A stretch of DNA of 63,841 nucleotides, counting the filler, from Vezdaea acicularis (lineage: Eukaryota): the NCBI GenBank assembly GCA_026025075.1. It is 3 parts of 3 records of this genome, joined end to end, with 100 filler letters (N's around TTAATTAATTAA, not from the genome) between each part and the next. Parts side by side here need not be neighbours in the genome. Positions count along the whole stretch, not along the records: positions 1 to 24,468 come from JAPEUI010000182.1; positions 24,569 to 48,615 come from JAPEUI010000183.1; 1 more part is not named here. One strand, written 5' to 3'. Under the pieces are notes generated by a model. The model had not been told where the DNA came from and did no database searches. It saw only the letters and a list, made by a program, of their open reading frames with translations. Position numbers and translations under genes: made by a program. Shown here in pieces: positions 13,107 through 26,950 of this stretch (the stretch's first letter is position 1; every line of letters begins with the position of its first letter).

Positions 13107-16100
13107 ATGTCTCGCACACATCTTCAAGGACCGGAGTCATTCGCAGGTCAGGGGCCAGATCTCATGAATGATCCCGCGTTCGCCACCAATACACTCACCA
13201 CAGGTAGAAGCGCTCTGACTGAGCCTGAGACCTGCAGAATATGTAGAACAGAAGGAACCGAAAAAGAACCTCTGTTCTACCCCTGCAAATGTAGTGGCAG
13301 TATTAAATTCGTCCACCAAGAGTGGTAAGTATTCTCATATCAAAGAGTTCTCTCCATATTAAAGTCATGACTAACGAGGTAATGCTGAAATAGTCTGATG
13401 GAATGGCTCTCTCACTCTCAGAAGAAATACTGCGAACTGTGCAAAACGTCGTTCCGTTTTACGAAGTGTAAGACATCTGATATATTACTTAGGGCCACAC
13501 CTAATATGTCGAACAGTTTATGATCCTCACATGCCCAAGACCCTCCCTACAGCCGTCTTTCTACGACATTTGATCGTACATGGTCTGAGGACCTTAGTAA
13601 CATGGGCTAGATTTATACTTGTTTGTTTCGTCTGGTTAGGTTGGCTTCCCTGGTCCATGAGAACGATCTGGCGATTTCTCTTCTGGCTCGGAGATGGCGG
13701 GTGGGCTACATGGAGTAACGAAGCTACTGGACTATCTGAAGCACAACAGGCTCTTGCTATATCACAATCAAGGCTCAAGGATGTTGAAGGTGCTCTCACA
13801 TCAGCATCAAGGGCAGCCCTATCGGCAACGAGTTCAGGTTTTGAAACTACTACCACGAGCATTGCAAGCTCGATACCTTCGTTCCTTACACCGATATCTC
13901 AGACTCTAAATATGAGCCTTGGCGAGCCACTTGTTCTCAAGTTTCTAAGAAAGTCACTAGCTCCTATCGGACGACGAGCTACCCTTAATGCGCTCTCAAT
14001 AAACGGCACAGACAACACGACTGGGACGACTCGTTCATCCCTAGATTTCGCGAAACCGTCGTTTCTCTCGGAGATTGGCTTTTTGAAATCTTTAACTCGA
14101 TCCAGCACATTCAATGCTCTCCTAATAGACACACTAGAAGGCCAAATCATTACACTTCTAGTTGTCACCGCATTCATTCTAGTCTTTTTGATTCGAGAAT
14201 GGGTTGTTCAACAGCAACCCGGCTTCAACATGGCTGGCGCAGCTAACGCAGAGCCTGCTGGACTACGTGCAGAAATTGTCCTGGGAGCTGGACAAGGCGA
14301 TCTACCCGAGAGATTGGATCATGAGATAGACGCGGAAGCCCAAGCGCCTGAAGGGCAGCATGTGGAAGCCGAGCCCAGGGCCCATCGAACCCCTCTTGAT
14401 AGGCCAGAATCGGACGGAATTGATGGTCTGGGCTTGGATAGAGACCGAAATCTACCGGCGGAACGAGATAGGCCTCATGCGGTTCCGAGACGAAGGAATC
14501 GGTTCGTTCTTGATGAGCAAAACGCAACAATAGATACAAGCTCCTCCGAATATGGCCGCCATACTGATGACGCGCGTTCGACCGCGCTAAGTCATCATCG
14601 ATTCGGCGAATCCCCAGCCCGTGAAGAGGTCTTTCAATTCAGAGGAAGTGGTAGCGACGCTGACACCATAAGCTTACAGAGGCCCATTATGCCAACAAGG
14701 AATGCAACTTCTAAAGCAGCCGAAATTCGGAGGGCCATCGAAGAAGAAAAGGTATCAGACAAGCAGCAGTGGCCTGGCTTAGATGTATTCATGAATATCT
14801 GGCATCGAGCCGAGGGTAATCCAGAAAACGTCCTTAAGATAATCGAGCAGGAAAACAGAACTTCTGATCTAGGCTGGATCGTTGAGGCGATGAAACGGCT
14901 ACAAGAATCTGATCCTAAAGATCTGCAAACTCATTTACAACTCAGGGTACCAGTATCCGGAGTTACAAAGACGAGTCTAGGTCCCAGTGAGCAAGCCAGT
15001 TCTAGTAGTGATGGTAGCAGCTGGCTTGATGTCGCTCAAATGACCGATGATGATGACGTTTCCACGGAGCCATTGGAGGATGGTTCTGACGAAAAGCAGA
15101 AAGGAAAATCAAAAGCTATCGAGTACGCCGAGGAAACACGCGTGCCAACAGATGAGTGGTCGTCTCGAAGCAGTAAAGTAGATGAAGAAAGTCCAGAAGC
15201 AAGCTCAACCCGTCGTACACCTGATGTGGAGGAAGACAAGACAAACGCACCTGAGGACCTTATCATCAACATCGATTTTCAGCTAGTATCAAAATCCAAA
15301 CAAGAGCAACGGGCTACCGACGGTGTCGTTGGTCCAGTCATTTCTCCATCTACATCCTCAGTTCAAGAAAGCTCGGCATCGGCCGGGCCAGAGCTCCGAA
15401 TAGGCGCTGAACAGGACAACATTGATAGTTCAAGTAGGCAGACCGATCAACCTGATCCACTGATGGGCGCTCCCTTGGATCAGGCGCCAGAGGGCTCTCA
15501 GGTAATGCCTGCAGAGCCCGAACCTCATCGCGAGCAGCAAGGGATTCTAAATGGCATCCTAGCTTGGCTGTGGGGCGATCCTACTGCCGAACAACCTGAG
15601 GAGCCAGTCGCGCAAGAGAACGAAGGAGGGGTCGCTCCTGGTCCAGCCGATGAAGATAGGATTCGCAATGGTGAAAACAACAATGTCGCACTCGATGCGG
15701 CTGCACTAGGTCTTGATGCAGAGGCTATTGAGGACGGTGAAGACTTCGAGGGCGTGATGGAGCTTATTGGAATGCATGGCCCACTCACTGGCCTCTTTCA
15801 GAACGGAATGTTCAGCGCAGTTCTCATATCAGCCACAGTGTGCGTAGGGGTCTGGTTCCCTTATTTATGGGGGAAAACTGTTCTGCTCGTGCTCGCCAAC
15901 CCCGTATCCTGGCTCATTAGGCTACCCATCCGCTGGTTTTCAATATGTGCGGACATTTTTGTCGATTTTACTCTCTTCGTTTGCGGCAGCTCAGTCTACG
16001 GGACCGTACACCTCTTGAAACTCCTGATGATGCCTATTTATTTTATTTCGCCCGGAGTCTCTGGTCTAGGATATATCAATGTGCTTATGGACGCAACGCG

Positions 16101-18561
16101 GACTGTCTACGAAGGCGCATTTCTAAGGATGACAAAGATGGTGACAGAAGGCAGCTTTGATCTTTCTGGGGCTGATTGGGCTGTCTTCTCCATCGTCAGC
16201 CACGAGGCGCTGCAGACAACAAAATCAAGGATAGTCGAAGGGTTCAGTCTTCTTTGGACCACCCTTGTAAGTATCGAACGATCTGCTTCGTTCTCGAGCC
16301 TTTCGGCGAACGTCACCCCCGCCGATATTATGAATGCTCTTTTTTGGCCCTTGGACTCGCCCGAATCCTTATCCTATTTCCTTACGACCTTAAAGGGATG
16401 GATCCTTACTACCTCGACATGGTTAAGGATGACGAGGTTCTCGATGACTCTTGAGATCGCGAAGCGAACACAACCCTATGACCTCAGCCTGGCATACTGG
16501 GGTGCGGGAGACAGAACCCTTGCCATTCTGTCTGGATACGCGTTCGTCTCATTGCTTGGAGCATTGTACTTGAAGAAGGGAGGCCCATTTTCTACAAGTG
16601 CCCAAGGAAAGAAAGTAGAGGGAGTTATAGCCGACATCCTTAATCAAGCAGGCGGTGTCTTAAAAGTCATTCTAATCATCAGTATCGAAATGATTCTCTT
16701 CCCCCTATATTGCGGGTTACTCTTGGATATGGCCTTGTTGCCGCTCTTTGAGAATGCTTCTCTATCATCCAGAATCAATTTCACGGCGAATGCGCCATGG
16801 ACCTCAATCTTCGTGCATTGGTTTGTAGGGACTTGTTACATGTTTCACTTTGCCCTCTTCGTCTCTATGTGCCGGAAGATATTGAGAAGCGGAGTGCTAT
16901 GTAAGTTCTAAACTGTCTGAACATCAGCAAACGCTAATAATTTGGATCAAGATTTTATTAGAGACCCCGACGATCCAACTTTTCATCCAGTACGAGATGT
17001 GCTTGAGAGAAGTGTTACGACCCAGCTCCGAAAGATAACTTTCAGCGCACTTGTCTACGGTGCGCTAGTCATTATTTGCCTTGGTAGCGTTGTTTGGGGT
17101 ATATTCTACGCCATTGACGGCGTCCTCCCCATTCATTGGTCTTCAAATGAGCCTGTCCTAGAATTCCCAGTTGATCTACTCTTCTACAACTTCCTGATGC
17201 CGCTAGCAGTGAGGTTTTTCAAGCCTTCTGCGGGTCTGAATACAATGTATACATGGTGGTTCAGGAAGTGTGCCAGGGCGCTTCGACTTACATGGTTTCT
17301 TTTTGACGACCGTCGGAAGGACGAGGAAGGACGAGAAGTTGGCAATTCGCGGTCATACATCATGAAATTCTTCTCAGCTAGAACGGATCCCTCAGCTGAA
17401 GAAACCAACAAAAGAGTCGCCGAAAACCTTCCTTTCGAGCTTTCGCCAGAAAGCACCGATACATCCTTTGAGCGGGATGGACGATACGTCCGGGCCCCCG
17501 GATCTGACTCCGTCAGAATTCCAAAGGGTGGGCCCGTGTTCTTGGAAGTGGACGAACTCAACAATCGTATCGACGGTATGCCAGAAGTTGAGGCTGGACT
17601 TCATGCTCGGAATACAGGCCAATTCAGCCTAGTCTATATACCTCCTTACTTCCGCATACGGATAGGCCTTTTCATCATTGCGATTTGGCTCTTCGCTGCG
17701 GCTACAGGCGTTGGCGTTACTATTATACCCCTCATTTTCGGTAGGATCGTGTTTGCGATCCTTATTCCAAATCACCTTCGAATAAACGACGTCTACGCTT
17801 TTTCAATTGGGGCCTACATCCTTGCCGGAGTATTCTATGCCGGCATGCAGTACGGACAAAGCATTACATTAGCCGGTCACTATTTCCGCCTTCCAGAGCT
17901 ATCACATCTCGTGTCGAATGCCCGAATAGCTTTGGTTCGCGCTATTCGCCTCACTTATGTGTATGGGATGTTTGCTATTCTAATACCTTCGCTTTGCGCT
18001 GCCCTCATGGAGGCCTATCTCATAATACCTCTGCATACCTATATAGAACCGAACCAACCTCATATTGTTCATTTTGTTCAAGACTGGACTTTGGGTGTAC
18101 TATATCTCAAACTGGCTGCTGGTGGTATTCTCTGGTACGAAAACTCGCGCCCAGCCCGACAACTCCAGAACGTTATCCGTAACGGCTGGTTAGACCCTGA
18201 CGTTGGAGTTGCGACGAGGTCCTTCGTCTTACCCATCACAATCGCTGTCGGCGTTGCATTGCTCTTACCCCTAGGTCTTGGCAAATTGCTGAACACCTTT
18301 TTATGGTCACACTGGAAAGATTCTGAAAAGGCGATCGTGTATCGCTACACGTATCCGATGGTTCTTTCAGGATGTTGTCTGGCTGCGTTGATATGGTTGC
18401 TGATGAAACAGCTGAGCGAATGGAGGCTGAGAGTCAAGGACGAGGTTTATCTTCGAGGGGAGAGGCTGCACAACTTGGGCGAGAAAAGAACGGAGGCTAG
18501 TATGGCAGGTTTGGTTATTGGGGCAGCGACGGAAGGGTCTACTGGACAGGTGGTAGCGTGA
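13107..18561 (+). CDS. SSM4: ERAD RING-CH E3 ubiquitin ligase Doa10/MARCH6
   Basis: Exons 13107-13324, 13394-13467, 13517-16900 and 16952-18561. RINGv motif [34 protein letters not shown], the TD-domain segment [24 protein letters not shown], many TMs and a C-terminal GERLHN element. Confidence 0.93.
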
Positions 18562-19902
18562 TTTCATGTATCTGCATGGAAGGATGGCAAAGGATCGGCG
18601 TCTGGATAAACCACTGTGACTATAGATTAGACTTGAATACAAGCTGTATCAATATCATTCCATTGTCGTTGAGATGCGACAAGACTTGGTAGATCAACAA
18701 TCTAGCGCCTTGGGGAAGAATTCACCACGGGAACACATCTCCCCACCAAATCCCGAACATGTCCGCCATGGGTGAAGTTAACGCCATGTCATTACGAGAA
18801 TAAATGTCCAAAATAGCAGACTTCCTCAATCAGACCCCGAAAATCGAATTAAAAGACCCCAAAACAGTTGTTTCTACTGTTGGAATTTACGTAATCATCA
18901 TTCATCTCGTGGCCAATTCTACGGCACCGAAGGGATTCCTCCAATGGGGGTTCCGTCGTCAACAGAGCCAACTCAAGCAAGGTAAACCCTACTCGTTATA
19001 TCGGGCTATACCGGGTATTTCGACCATGTCCTATTAAGGCACAGTCACCTTAAGGCGTAGTAACACGAGGATTAATTATCGTCGGTTTCGATGAGCCGTG
19101 CGGAGACTTCTCGCGATCAATCATTTCATTTTTGCAAGAGAAGACCAAAAAGAAATCCGCGCTTGCGGAGCCTTCCATGCGTCTTCTCTACCCAAAAGCG
19201 TGCGACGGACGCCCAGATCCTAGAACGGTACCAGACCACTTCCAAAACCTCTCGGAGGAGTACTGATGTAATATACGTAGAATAACGGCGGATCTGTGGC
19301 TTTAGCCGCAGCTTGAAGCTCTGGATCCGCGGAATCGACCCATAGATAAGGAACAGATCTCGAGCTTCAGGAGGCTCTACGATTCTTGAAAGATGGGCTG
19401 TCAAAGGGGTGGAAAGCATGGCCCAGAGCTTGCCATGTGTGCATCTGAAAAAAGCAAACGCACCGATCAAGCCGATTGCCCAAAACGCATTCCAGGAAGC
19501 TCTCATTCGTTAGCCACTGCCGCATCTCGTTCCGCTCTAGCGACGGGCAACGTTTTGTGCCAGATTGGTTGGTCCAATGAGGGTTCATCGGCGCAGCCCC
19601 CAGTTGCGGGAGGAGCGATAAGCATTGCGGACGAGCAGAAGTTTATGAGCTCATCTTATTATTCTTCTGTTTATCTCTACGGCGGAGATCCCTAGCGCAT
19701 TGCAGAGGTGTGACAAACACCATGCGATAGCATCCTGGTCCGCAGCCTTTTCGAAACTGCGATGCATAACGCCAGGAGTCCGGGGAGATTTATATAAGAA
19801 TATGGATGGCCTGTGGCTGGCTACTAAAGCTCTACGACCGCGAAAGCACTGTTTGTTTGAGGCGTGACCCTTTGAGACCCCTTCGTTCAAACCGCAAGCA
19901 CA

Positions 19903-22151
19903 ATGGCCGAAACCCCAGATAAGCAGGTTTTCATGGAGGGGACTGAGGAGGATGTTGTGCTCGAGAAACTTGGATATCAGCCAGGTAAGAGTCCATACCA
20001 GGTTGAGTATCATGTAATTGGAGAGATATCTAACACATTATAGAGCTGAAGCGTTCTTTTGGCCTGTTGGGCATGATTGGTTTTAGCTTCAGTATTGTCA
20101 CAAGGCAAGCATGGCGCCTCCTTACGTGTGGCTCAGAGTCTGACGGCAATTGAAGCTGGACTGCCTTAGGAGGTGTTCTCATCACTGGCGTTAACGCTGG
20201 AGGCCCCCCAGTCATGATTTATGTACCACGCCCTCTCGTTCTGTTCATATATGCGCATTCAACTGACAGCGATAGTCGTGGATCGGAGTCTGCGTCCTAA
20301 CGCTTGCTGTGGCTTACTCAATGGCCGAAATTTGCTCTGCCGTATGTTCCGCTCTTTCATAATCAATGAGGTTTCTGGGAAGAGCATTCGAGTGTTCAGC
20401 GAGGACTTGATCCTGCATTGCGGACACAAGGGCCTGTTTCTGCATGCATTCAGACAATTTCGAATTCGGGGAAGCTCATGAAGCTTTCGCCATACCATGC
20501 GCCTGTCCGCGTCATCTCTGCAATGTTGCATACTAAGAGTAACGATAAGTTCCGGGCTGACAAGGCTGCAGTATCCTGTTGCGGGTGGGCAGTATTCATG
20601 GGTTGCTGTATTGGCTCCACCAAGGTTGGCGCGAGGGATGTCGTGCGTGTAATACGGACCCCAGAGACGAAAGCACGGGCACTAATATAATCCAAAACAG
20701 GTGGGTTACCGGGTGGACTATGTTGACAGGTTTGTTGCACTTCTCCCAAGACTGCAAGACCATTGGGGGACTAATGCTATTAAACGTCATTCAGGTATCC
20801 TTGCGATGGGGGCTACAAACAATTTTATCGGCGCCAACTTCATCCTTGGCCAAGCCAGTAGGTTCAAGGCATCCACCGAAGCGTTGGATGCTGTACTCAC
20901 ACCAAGCAGATCTGGCAAACCCTGATTACACTATCCAAAGATGGCATACCGTGCTGGTAGCTTATGCCATTGTTGGCTTGAGCGTCATCATCAACATCTA
21001 TGGACCCCACCTCTTGGACAAGCTATCTCGAGGCCTGCTGGTTTGGAACATCATGGCCTTCGTCGTGGTGATTGTCACAATCCTCGCGACAAACAAGAAC
21101 AAGCAGAGTGCCAGTTTTGTGTTCAAAGACTTCCAAAACTTTACCGGATTCTCTGCAGCTTTCGCAGCCATTCTAGGTCTGCTGCAAGCGGCATTCGGCA
21201 TGTGCTGCTACGACGCCCCAGCCCACATGACCGAGGAGATGAAGAACGCCTCGAGAGAGGCCCCGAAAGCGATCGTCATGTCCGTCTACGTCGGAGCCAT
21301 CACCGGCCTGATCTTCCTGATCTCCATCTGCTTCTGCATCGGCGATATCACGGCCACTGCCACCTCCAGCACCGGTGTGCCCCTCATTCAGATCTTCTAC
21401 GACTCGACCCAGTCTACCGTCGGCGCCTGCTTCCTCTCCTCCCTCATTGCCATCATCGTCCTCGGCAGTGCCAACGCTCTCCTTGCGGAGGGTTCCCGTA
21501 GCGTCTACGCCTTCGCGCGTGACCAGGGACTGCCATTTAGCAGCTTCTTCAGCCAGGTCGAGAAGAAGAAGCAGATCCCGGTCTATGCGATCCTGCTCTC
21601 TGCAGTCTTCCAGATGGCGCTGAACGCCATCTACTTTGGGACTGTGACCGGGTTCAATACCGTCATTGCCATTTCTACGGAAGGCTTCTGTTAGTCCCCC
21701 CACCCTTTGTCCATCTACTTTCCCCCCTTCCTCCGTCCTCCATTCCGTCAAACCTCGCAACTACTAACCCTCCCCCCCTCAAGACCTGTCCTACGCCCTC
21801 CCCCTGATCGCCCGCCTCCTCTCCCGCTTCTCCAAGCAGCACCGCGAGCTGCCCGGCCCCTACCGCCTCTCGCCCAGCATGGGCCTCTTCTGCAACATCG
21901 TCGGCCTGGCCTTCCTCCTCTTCACCTCCGTCACCTTCAACTTCCCCTCGCTGAGCCCCGTCGATAAGACCAATATGAACTATACCAGCGCCGCCATCGG
22001 CGTTATTGCGCTGGTCAGCTTGGTCACCTGGTTTACGACTGGCAGGAAGAACTTTAGTGGACCGGCTCCTGCGCTTGAGGTCGTGCAGAGGGAGCATGAG
22101 CATGAGCATGGGCATGAGTATAAGGATGGGAAGGGGCTTGGGGTGGAGTAG
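19903..22151 (+). CDS. APC-superfamily amino acid/GABA/choline permease (Uga4/Hnm1-like)
   Basis: Nine exons reconstructed, giving LGYQPELKRSFGLLGMIGFSFS, GGPPVMIYSW, MAEICSAYPVAGGQYSW, YDAPAHMTEE, SRSVYAFARDQGLPFS and NMNYTS. A TATA-like TATATAAG lies near 19790. Confidence 0.88.
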
Positions 22152-22740
22152 GGCCCGCTTGGGCTTTGGTGGTAGAGGAGAAGATGGGGTGTGAGGGGGG
22201 TTTCGGGCTCGATTCGGGCCGTGGGCAGGGCTATGCCAGAGATCTTGGATCTGTCTGAGTAGTAGAGTATAGTATAGTACCGCACCCGGCTAAGCTTCCA
22301 TCGGCTGAAGCATATACACCAGAATCGCACTCCCTTGACATATCCCCGCTCCCTCCCTATCGTCCACTTCACTCCCCCCATTATCTATTGAAGTGATCAT
22401 ATCCCACACCCTCCCTCCCCCCTATCTCGCCGGGGAGCCGAGACCGCTTCTCAAACCGTTCTCAGTCAACGACATCCAGCGTACACCTCCACACACCCCT
22501 TTCTTCCCGCCGGAAGGGTATACATGTACTTGGACAGCGCACATACAGGGAAGGTCCCTGCGCGGAGATATGTAGGGGACATGTACAGTGCAGTATACGC
22601 AAGGCCGCGGGGGGAGGAGGGGGGGGGGTAAGTAAGTCACCGAATTGGAGCCGTGATGTCGCCATCAGCTCCGCTATAGCATCCCATTAGTATCTCCTCT
22701 AGCATTCCCTCTAGCATCATGACATATCCTTATACATCTG

Positions 22741-22771
22741 GTTAGTATCCCGTTAGTATCCCGTTCGTATC
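22741..22771. repeat. Short tandem repeat (GTTAGTATCCC)x~3
   Basis: gttagtatccc gttagtatccc gttcgtatc read directly. Confidence 0.7.
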
Positions 22772-23500
22772 TCCCCGAGCAGAAGCGAGAAGGGAAAAGG
22801 ACCTGCAAAAGGGCGGAATGAAGAGATCGATCGTTGTGCTAGATCGTATCGTTATGCCCCGCGAGCCGGAGCCGGAGAGAGTGAGTGGTGGGGACGAAGC
22901 TAAGGAGGACTAGGTTTGTCTGCGGGGTTGCGGCGGTGCTGGAGGTGGCGGTGGATGGGCTAGACGGTTCCAATCGGGAATCTGGAAGGGGGTGGGAGGG
23001 TGGTCGGACTGGATCTGGAAAGGAGTAGATGATATGATGATCGGATTTGTGCGTGTAAATGTATGTGTATGAGAGAGATGAAGAGAGAGGTATCCATGCA
23101 TTAGGCGTATACTCCGTCCGTGCATCCATCCATAGTATATACAATCATGCTCCTCGCGAAAGTCCCCACTAAAAGCGAGGGTGCGGCGAGCGAGAAGGGC
23201 GGTGAAGAGGTACAGGAAAGTAGAGAGATAGGAACGTAGAAAAGTAGAAAGGTAGAAAGGTGGAAAGAATGGAAGGAAAGGAAAGACGCGAGAAAAAGTC
23301 ATGAGAGAATGATAGAGTCATGAAAGCGGTATCATAAGCGCATCTCGTCTGCGTTGCAGTCATTACCCCCCCTTCCCATCCACCTTTCCTCCCTTCCCAC
23401 ATTCTCCCACCCAAAAGAAAGAGAGGTAAACCCCATCCCCTGTCCCCAAAGCGCCAGAATCCAGAAACAAAACACGAAGCAGGCACCCCAAGCTAGAAAG

Positions 23501-24468
23501 CTAATACGTCTCACCAACCCCACTTAGTTTCCTGGACCTACCCGTCAACGAAAGCGGCTGCACACCTGACGAGGGCGGAGGCGCCATCTCCTCGCCGTCT
23601 CTGTTCCCAAACCCTGCGCTCGTTCGCCTCGCCGCCGCGGGGGTGACCGGTAACCCGCTCGCCACGGCGTGACCACCGGATTGTCTCCTAGGCAGGCCAC
23701 TCGGCGTCGGGATCGCACTCCCCCCTTCCACTACGGAGCCGGCGCCGGAGGCAACCAAGCTTTTATTAAGCGTATTCCTTCTCTGACCAGCGGCCGGGGT
23801 CGGGGTACCCATATCCTGCTCCTCGATGCCATTAACACTGATACTATGACTGTGCGCAGCAGCGTAGTTTCCGCCGACGGAAGAGCGGGGGCGGCGGGAT
23901 TCGGACATGGAGATGGAGGAGGTGCCGTAGTGGGAGAGCGGGGTGCGGGCGCCGGCGCGGCTGGAGGGGCGTTGGGGGAAGCCGCTGTGGCTAAGGGAGG
24001 AGCGGCTGGCGGTGCTGGCGCGGGAGCTGGGGCGGGAGGAGGAGGGGCGGTCAGGGCCGGGGGCGCCGAAGGAGAGGCGCGAGACGTAGGTTGTTGAGAG
24101 GGGGGTTGTTTCGGGGTCGTCTCTTCCTACGATGCCGCCGCCGCCGCCCCGGAGGGAGGAGGTGGTGGAGGCGTTGGAGCCGCCAGTGCGGCGCTTGCCG
24201 CTGCGGACGGTGATGTTGGAGGGGATTTGGCTGTGCGTGCTTAGTTGGGAGTGGCCGAGGGCGGAGCCGGAGCGGGGAGAGGCGTGCGGCGGGGTGTTGA
24301 CTGGGGCGGGGAGTTTGGAGCGGGCCGAGTGCACGCGCTGTTCGAGGCGTTGCATTTGGCCTATCAGACCGCGGATCTGGCGGAGGGAGGAAGACTGTGG
24401 AAGGGCGCCGCGCGGATTGGCGCTGCTGCTGGGAGCGGCGAGGGTGGGGCGGCGGTTGGTGGAGGGGG
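23501..24468 (-). CDS. nudE: Nuclear distribution protein NudE/RO11, C-terminal part (5' part lost in gap)
   Basis: SLRQIRGLIGQMQRLEQRVHSARSKLPAP matches the fungal NudE C-terminal motif and is followed by a Ser/Pro/Arg-rich tail. The frame is open up to the N-run. Confidence 0.78.
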
Positions 24469-24568
24469 NNNNNNNNNNNNNNNNNNNNNNNNNNNNNNNN
24501 NNNNNNNNNNNNTTAATTAATTAANNNNNNNNNNNNNNNNNNNNNNNNNNNNNNNNNNNNNNNNNNNN
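24469..24568. other. Artificial contig linker
   Basis: N44 + TTAATTAATTAA (stops in all six frames) + N44, exactly 100 nt. Confidence 0.97.
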
Positions 24569-25615
24569 GGGGGGGGGGGAGGAAGGGCTGGGGCGATCGT
24601 CGGTGGCCGTGGTCCCCTCCGTGGCTTCGGGGGCCCCCCCCTGCAACCAGCGGACGGCGATGGAGCAGCCAGACGTGGACTGTAGTGACCTTCCTGTCCG
24701 TGTCCTCCTGCGCCGGCCGTGTGTTTCTCTCTTTTCTCTTTTCTCTTTTCTTTTCTATTTCTGGGCCCGCCGTGCGAGGGGGCGGACTGGACGGGCTGGG
24801 ACGGACGGAGCGGACGGGGCGGACTGACTCTCTCTTTCGTCTCGTTCGTCTTGTCGTCCCTCGTCTTTCGTTTCTCGTCTCGCGCTCGTCTCTTCCGTGG
24901 GCCGCCAGCTGCCGGGGCAAAATCCAGATGGTCGCGCTAAGGGCCGGCGGTGGATTGGGTGTGGCCTCCGCTGCCTCGTTCTCGTCGCTTGCTCCGGGGG
25001 CCACTGGCGAGTTCGTCTGGCCGTCGCTGAACAGACAACTTTCGTCGGCACATCCCAACCTCCTCTGGCCCGTCTGCCCCCGTCCACCCTCTCTCTCTCT
25101 GTCCTTCCTCCCACTCGCCCACCCCCATTCCCTTCCCTCGCTCGTCCCACCTCCCTCCGGCCAATCTTGCGCTCACGCTGGCTGGCTCGCACACACGCTC
25201 CCTCGTCCTCGTCTTTTCCTCACCAACAACCTACGACTCCTTCCTCCCTCTTCCCTCCTCCCTCCTCCTCCTCCTCCACCACCTCCTCCCCCCAACCTGC
25301 TCGTAGAAGCACTGCCTCCCCCCTCGTCTCTCTCTCCCTCTCTTCCTCCCGTTCTTCCTTCTCCAGAACAATTTCATATTCACGAATCCCTCACTGCGCC
25401 GCGCGCGCGCGCCCCCGCCCAACTCTCTCATAAACGCCCGTTCTGCTCGTCTGCTGCAGTGCTGTTTCGTTCTGCACAAAAGTTCGCTAACAATCGATTT
25501 TCTTCGCCCGCAACCCTCCTCCCCCCCCTCCAAAGCAACTCACGGCCACGAGCGAGTACACCAGTCGAACCATCACGATTGACGATAGCGCCACGATAAT
25601 CACGACCCGACACGA

Positions 25616-26261
25616 ATGAGAAGCATCATCTCCACCGTCTGATCTTCAAGGACGAGATCCCTGGAGTCGAGCCAGCATCCATACATATACCCTAAATCCT
25701 GGCACCAACGCACCCCCCCCAGGTCTGCAGACACACGGCGAACGAATTCGGAATACTCATAGCAATCCTGCAGCTTCGCGTATTTCTTTCATTCACACCA
25801 CCGAACCCTTCGAGCCTTTCATGAGCCGACGCAACGAGATTTATACATCTACCGCCGTCCGGACGGTCAATCGCTGCTGGCACCGAATCTACAAACGTCT
25901 GACTTTCTCCCCTCCCCAAACGCTTTAACGACTTGGAAAAACGAACCAAACGACCTCTACGCTTGGGCACCTCTGTTACCGCTACGGCATTCCGATTGAT
26001 GCTCAGCACGATCTGCTCGACAGTCCATGCGTCACGGCGCGAACCTCTGACCACCGTCTGCCCTGATATTCTGCTGTGACAGTAGATCGTCCCTCTCTAC
26101 TCCCCTCGTCTCCATCACTCGAGACGACTCCACTTCCCCCGCTACCTTTACGATCACGCCTTTTACGCCTTCACGTCGAACCTGCGTATGCATCACGTCG
26201 GCCCCATCTACCTCAACGTAGCGAGTTCATGTTCACGTTCATAACGTGCAAAGCCTTCTAA
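25616..26261 (+). promoter_or_regulatory. Upstream ORFs in the long stuA leader
   Basis: Short AUG ORFs, including 25616-25642, 25821-25928 and 26229-26261, lie downstream of a long CT-rich promoter block (about 25050-25370). A. nidulans stuA is known to have a long uORF-containing leader. The TSS is not known here. Confidence 0.45.
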
Positions 26262-26950
26262 TCGGCGCACCACTGGAGCTCAGATTGACGGAACGACGAG
26301 TAACACGAGACCTCCCAATTCAGACGGGTCGACGAACAATTCCCGGGACTTGGGTATCATCTTCTGAACTCGGCGCCGCCAAAGTTTGACACTTGCAAAG
26401 TCAACGGTACCTTAACCTAGGCCGGTACAACGAGAAAGTAAGACATACAGGAACACATTACCAGGTGATCCGATCGGTCAACCCCCACCAGCTTGGAAAA
26501 AGTAGTCACCTCTTAATTGGGTACTACACATCAGCATTTCGTCGCTTAAGACTCTCACCCCCCATCACCGGAAAGCTGGAGTTACCATCTCTCTCTCAGG
26601 TTCAGACCCGAGGTCCCGTCGACGTGCCGTGGTACAATCACCATTCTGCTCAACGTCCCCTCACCTCTAGCGAGCGATTGCCTTCCCTATCCTTCACGCC
26701 GGCATACTCCAGCTCGACCTCCTACTCGTCACCTCGGCTGAACAGTCTCGGCTCGTCTTCCATCCTGAGCGGGAGCTCGCATACGTCTAATTATACGAAC
26801 GGAAACCCAGCTCACGGCTTGAAAACTCCTTCACCTACAGAAACCTCCCACGCTTTACCCGAGCAGTCATTGGCTCCTAATTCATACGCCCACCCTAATA
26901 ACACGGCGCACGGTTTGACCTACGGTCAAGATTCGTACAACCCTCACACC

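Noticed and set aside
20400..20430. ACTTGATC in a transporter intron, suggestive of a fungal TPP riboswitch
   Set aside because: The CTGAGA and GxTAATxCCxGCG elements of the TPP aptamer are absent.
22093..22119. EHEHEHGHE tail of the permease as a metal-binding site
   Set aside because: More simply a GAGCAT hexamer slippage within the repeat-prone GC-rich zone.
24513..24524. TTAATTAATTAA palindrome between N-runs (also 48660-48671) as a mobile-element target or biological motif
   Set aside because: An identical, symmetric 100-nt construct with six-frame stops is an assembly linker. NudE's 5' half is missing, so the true gap is larger or the contigs are not adjacent.
24603..25613. Several 100-300 aa ORFs on both strands
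   Set aside because: They are low-complexity translations of a GC/CT-rich promoter region with no domain signal.
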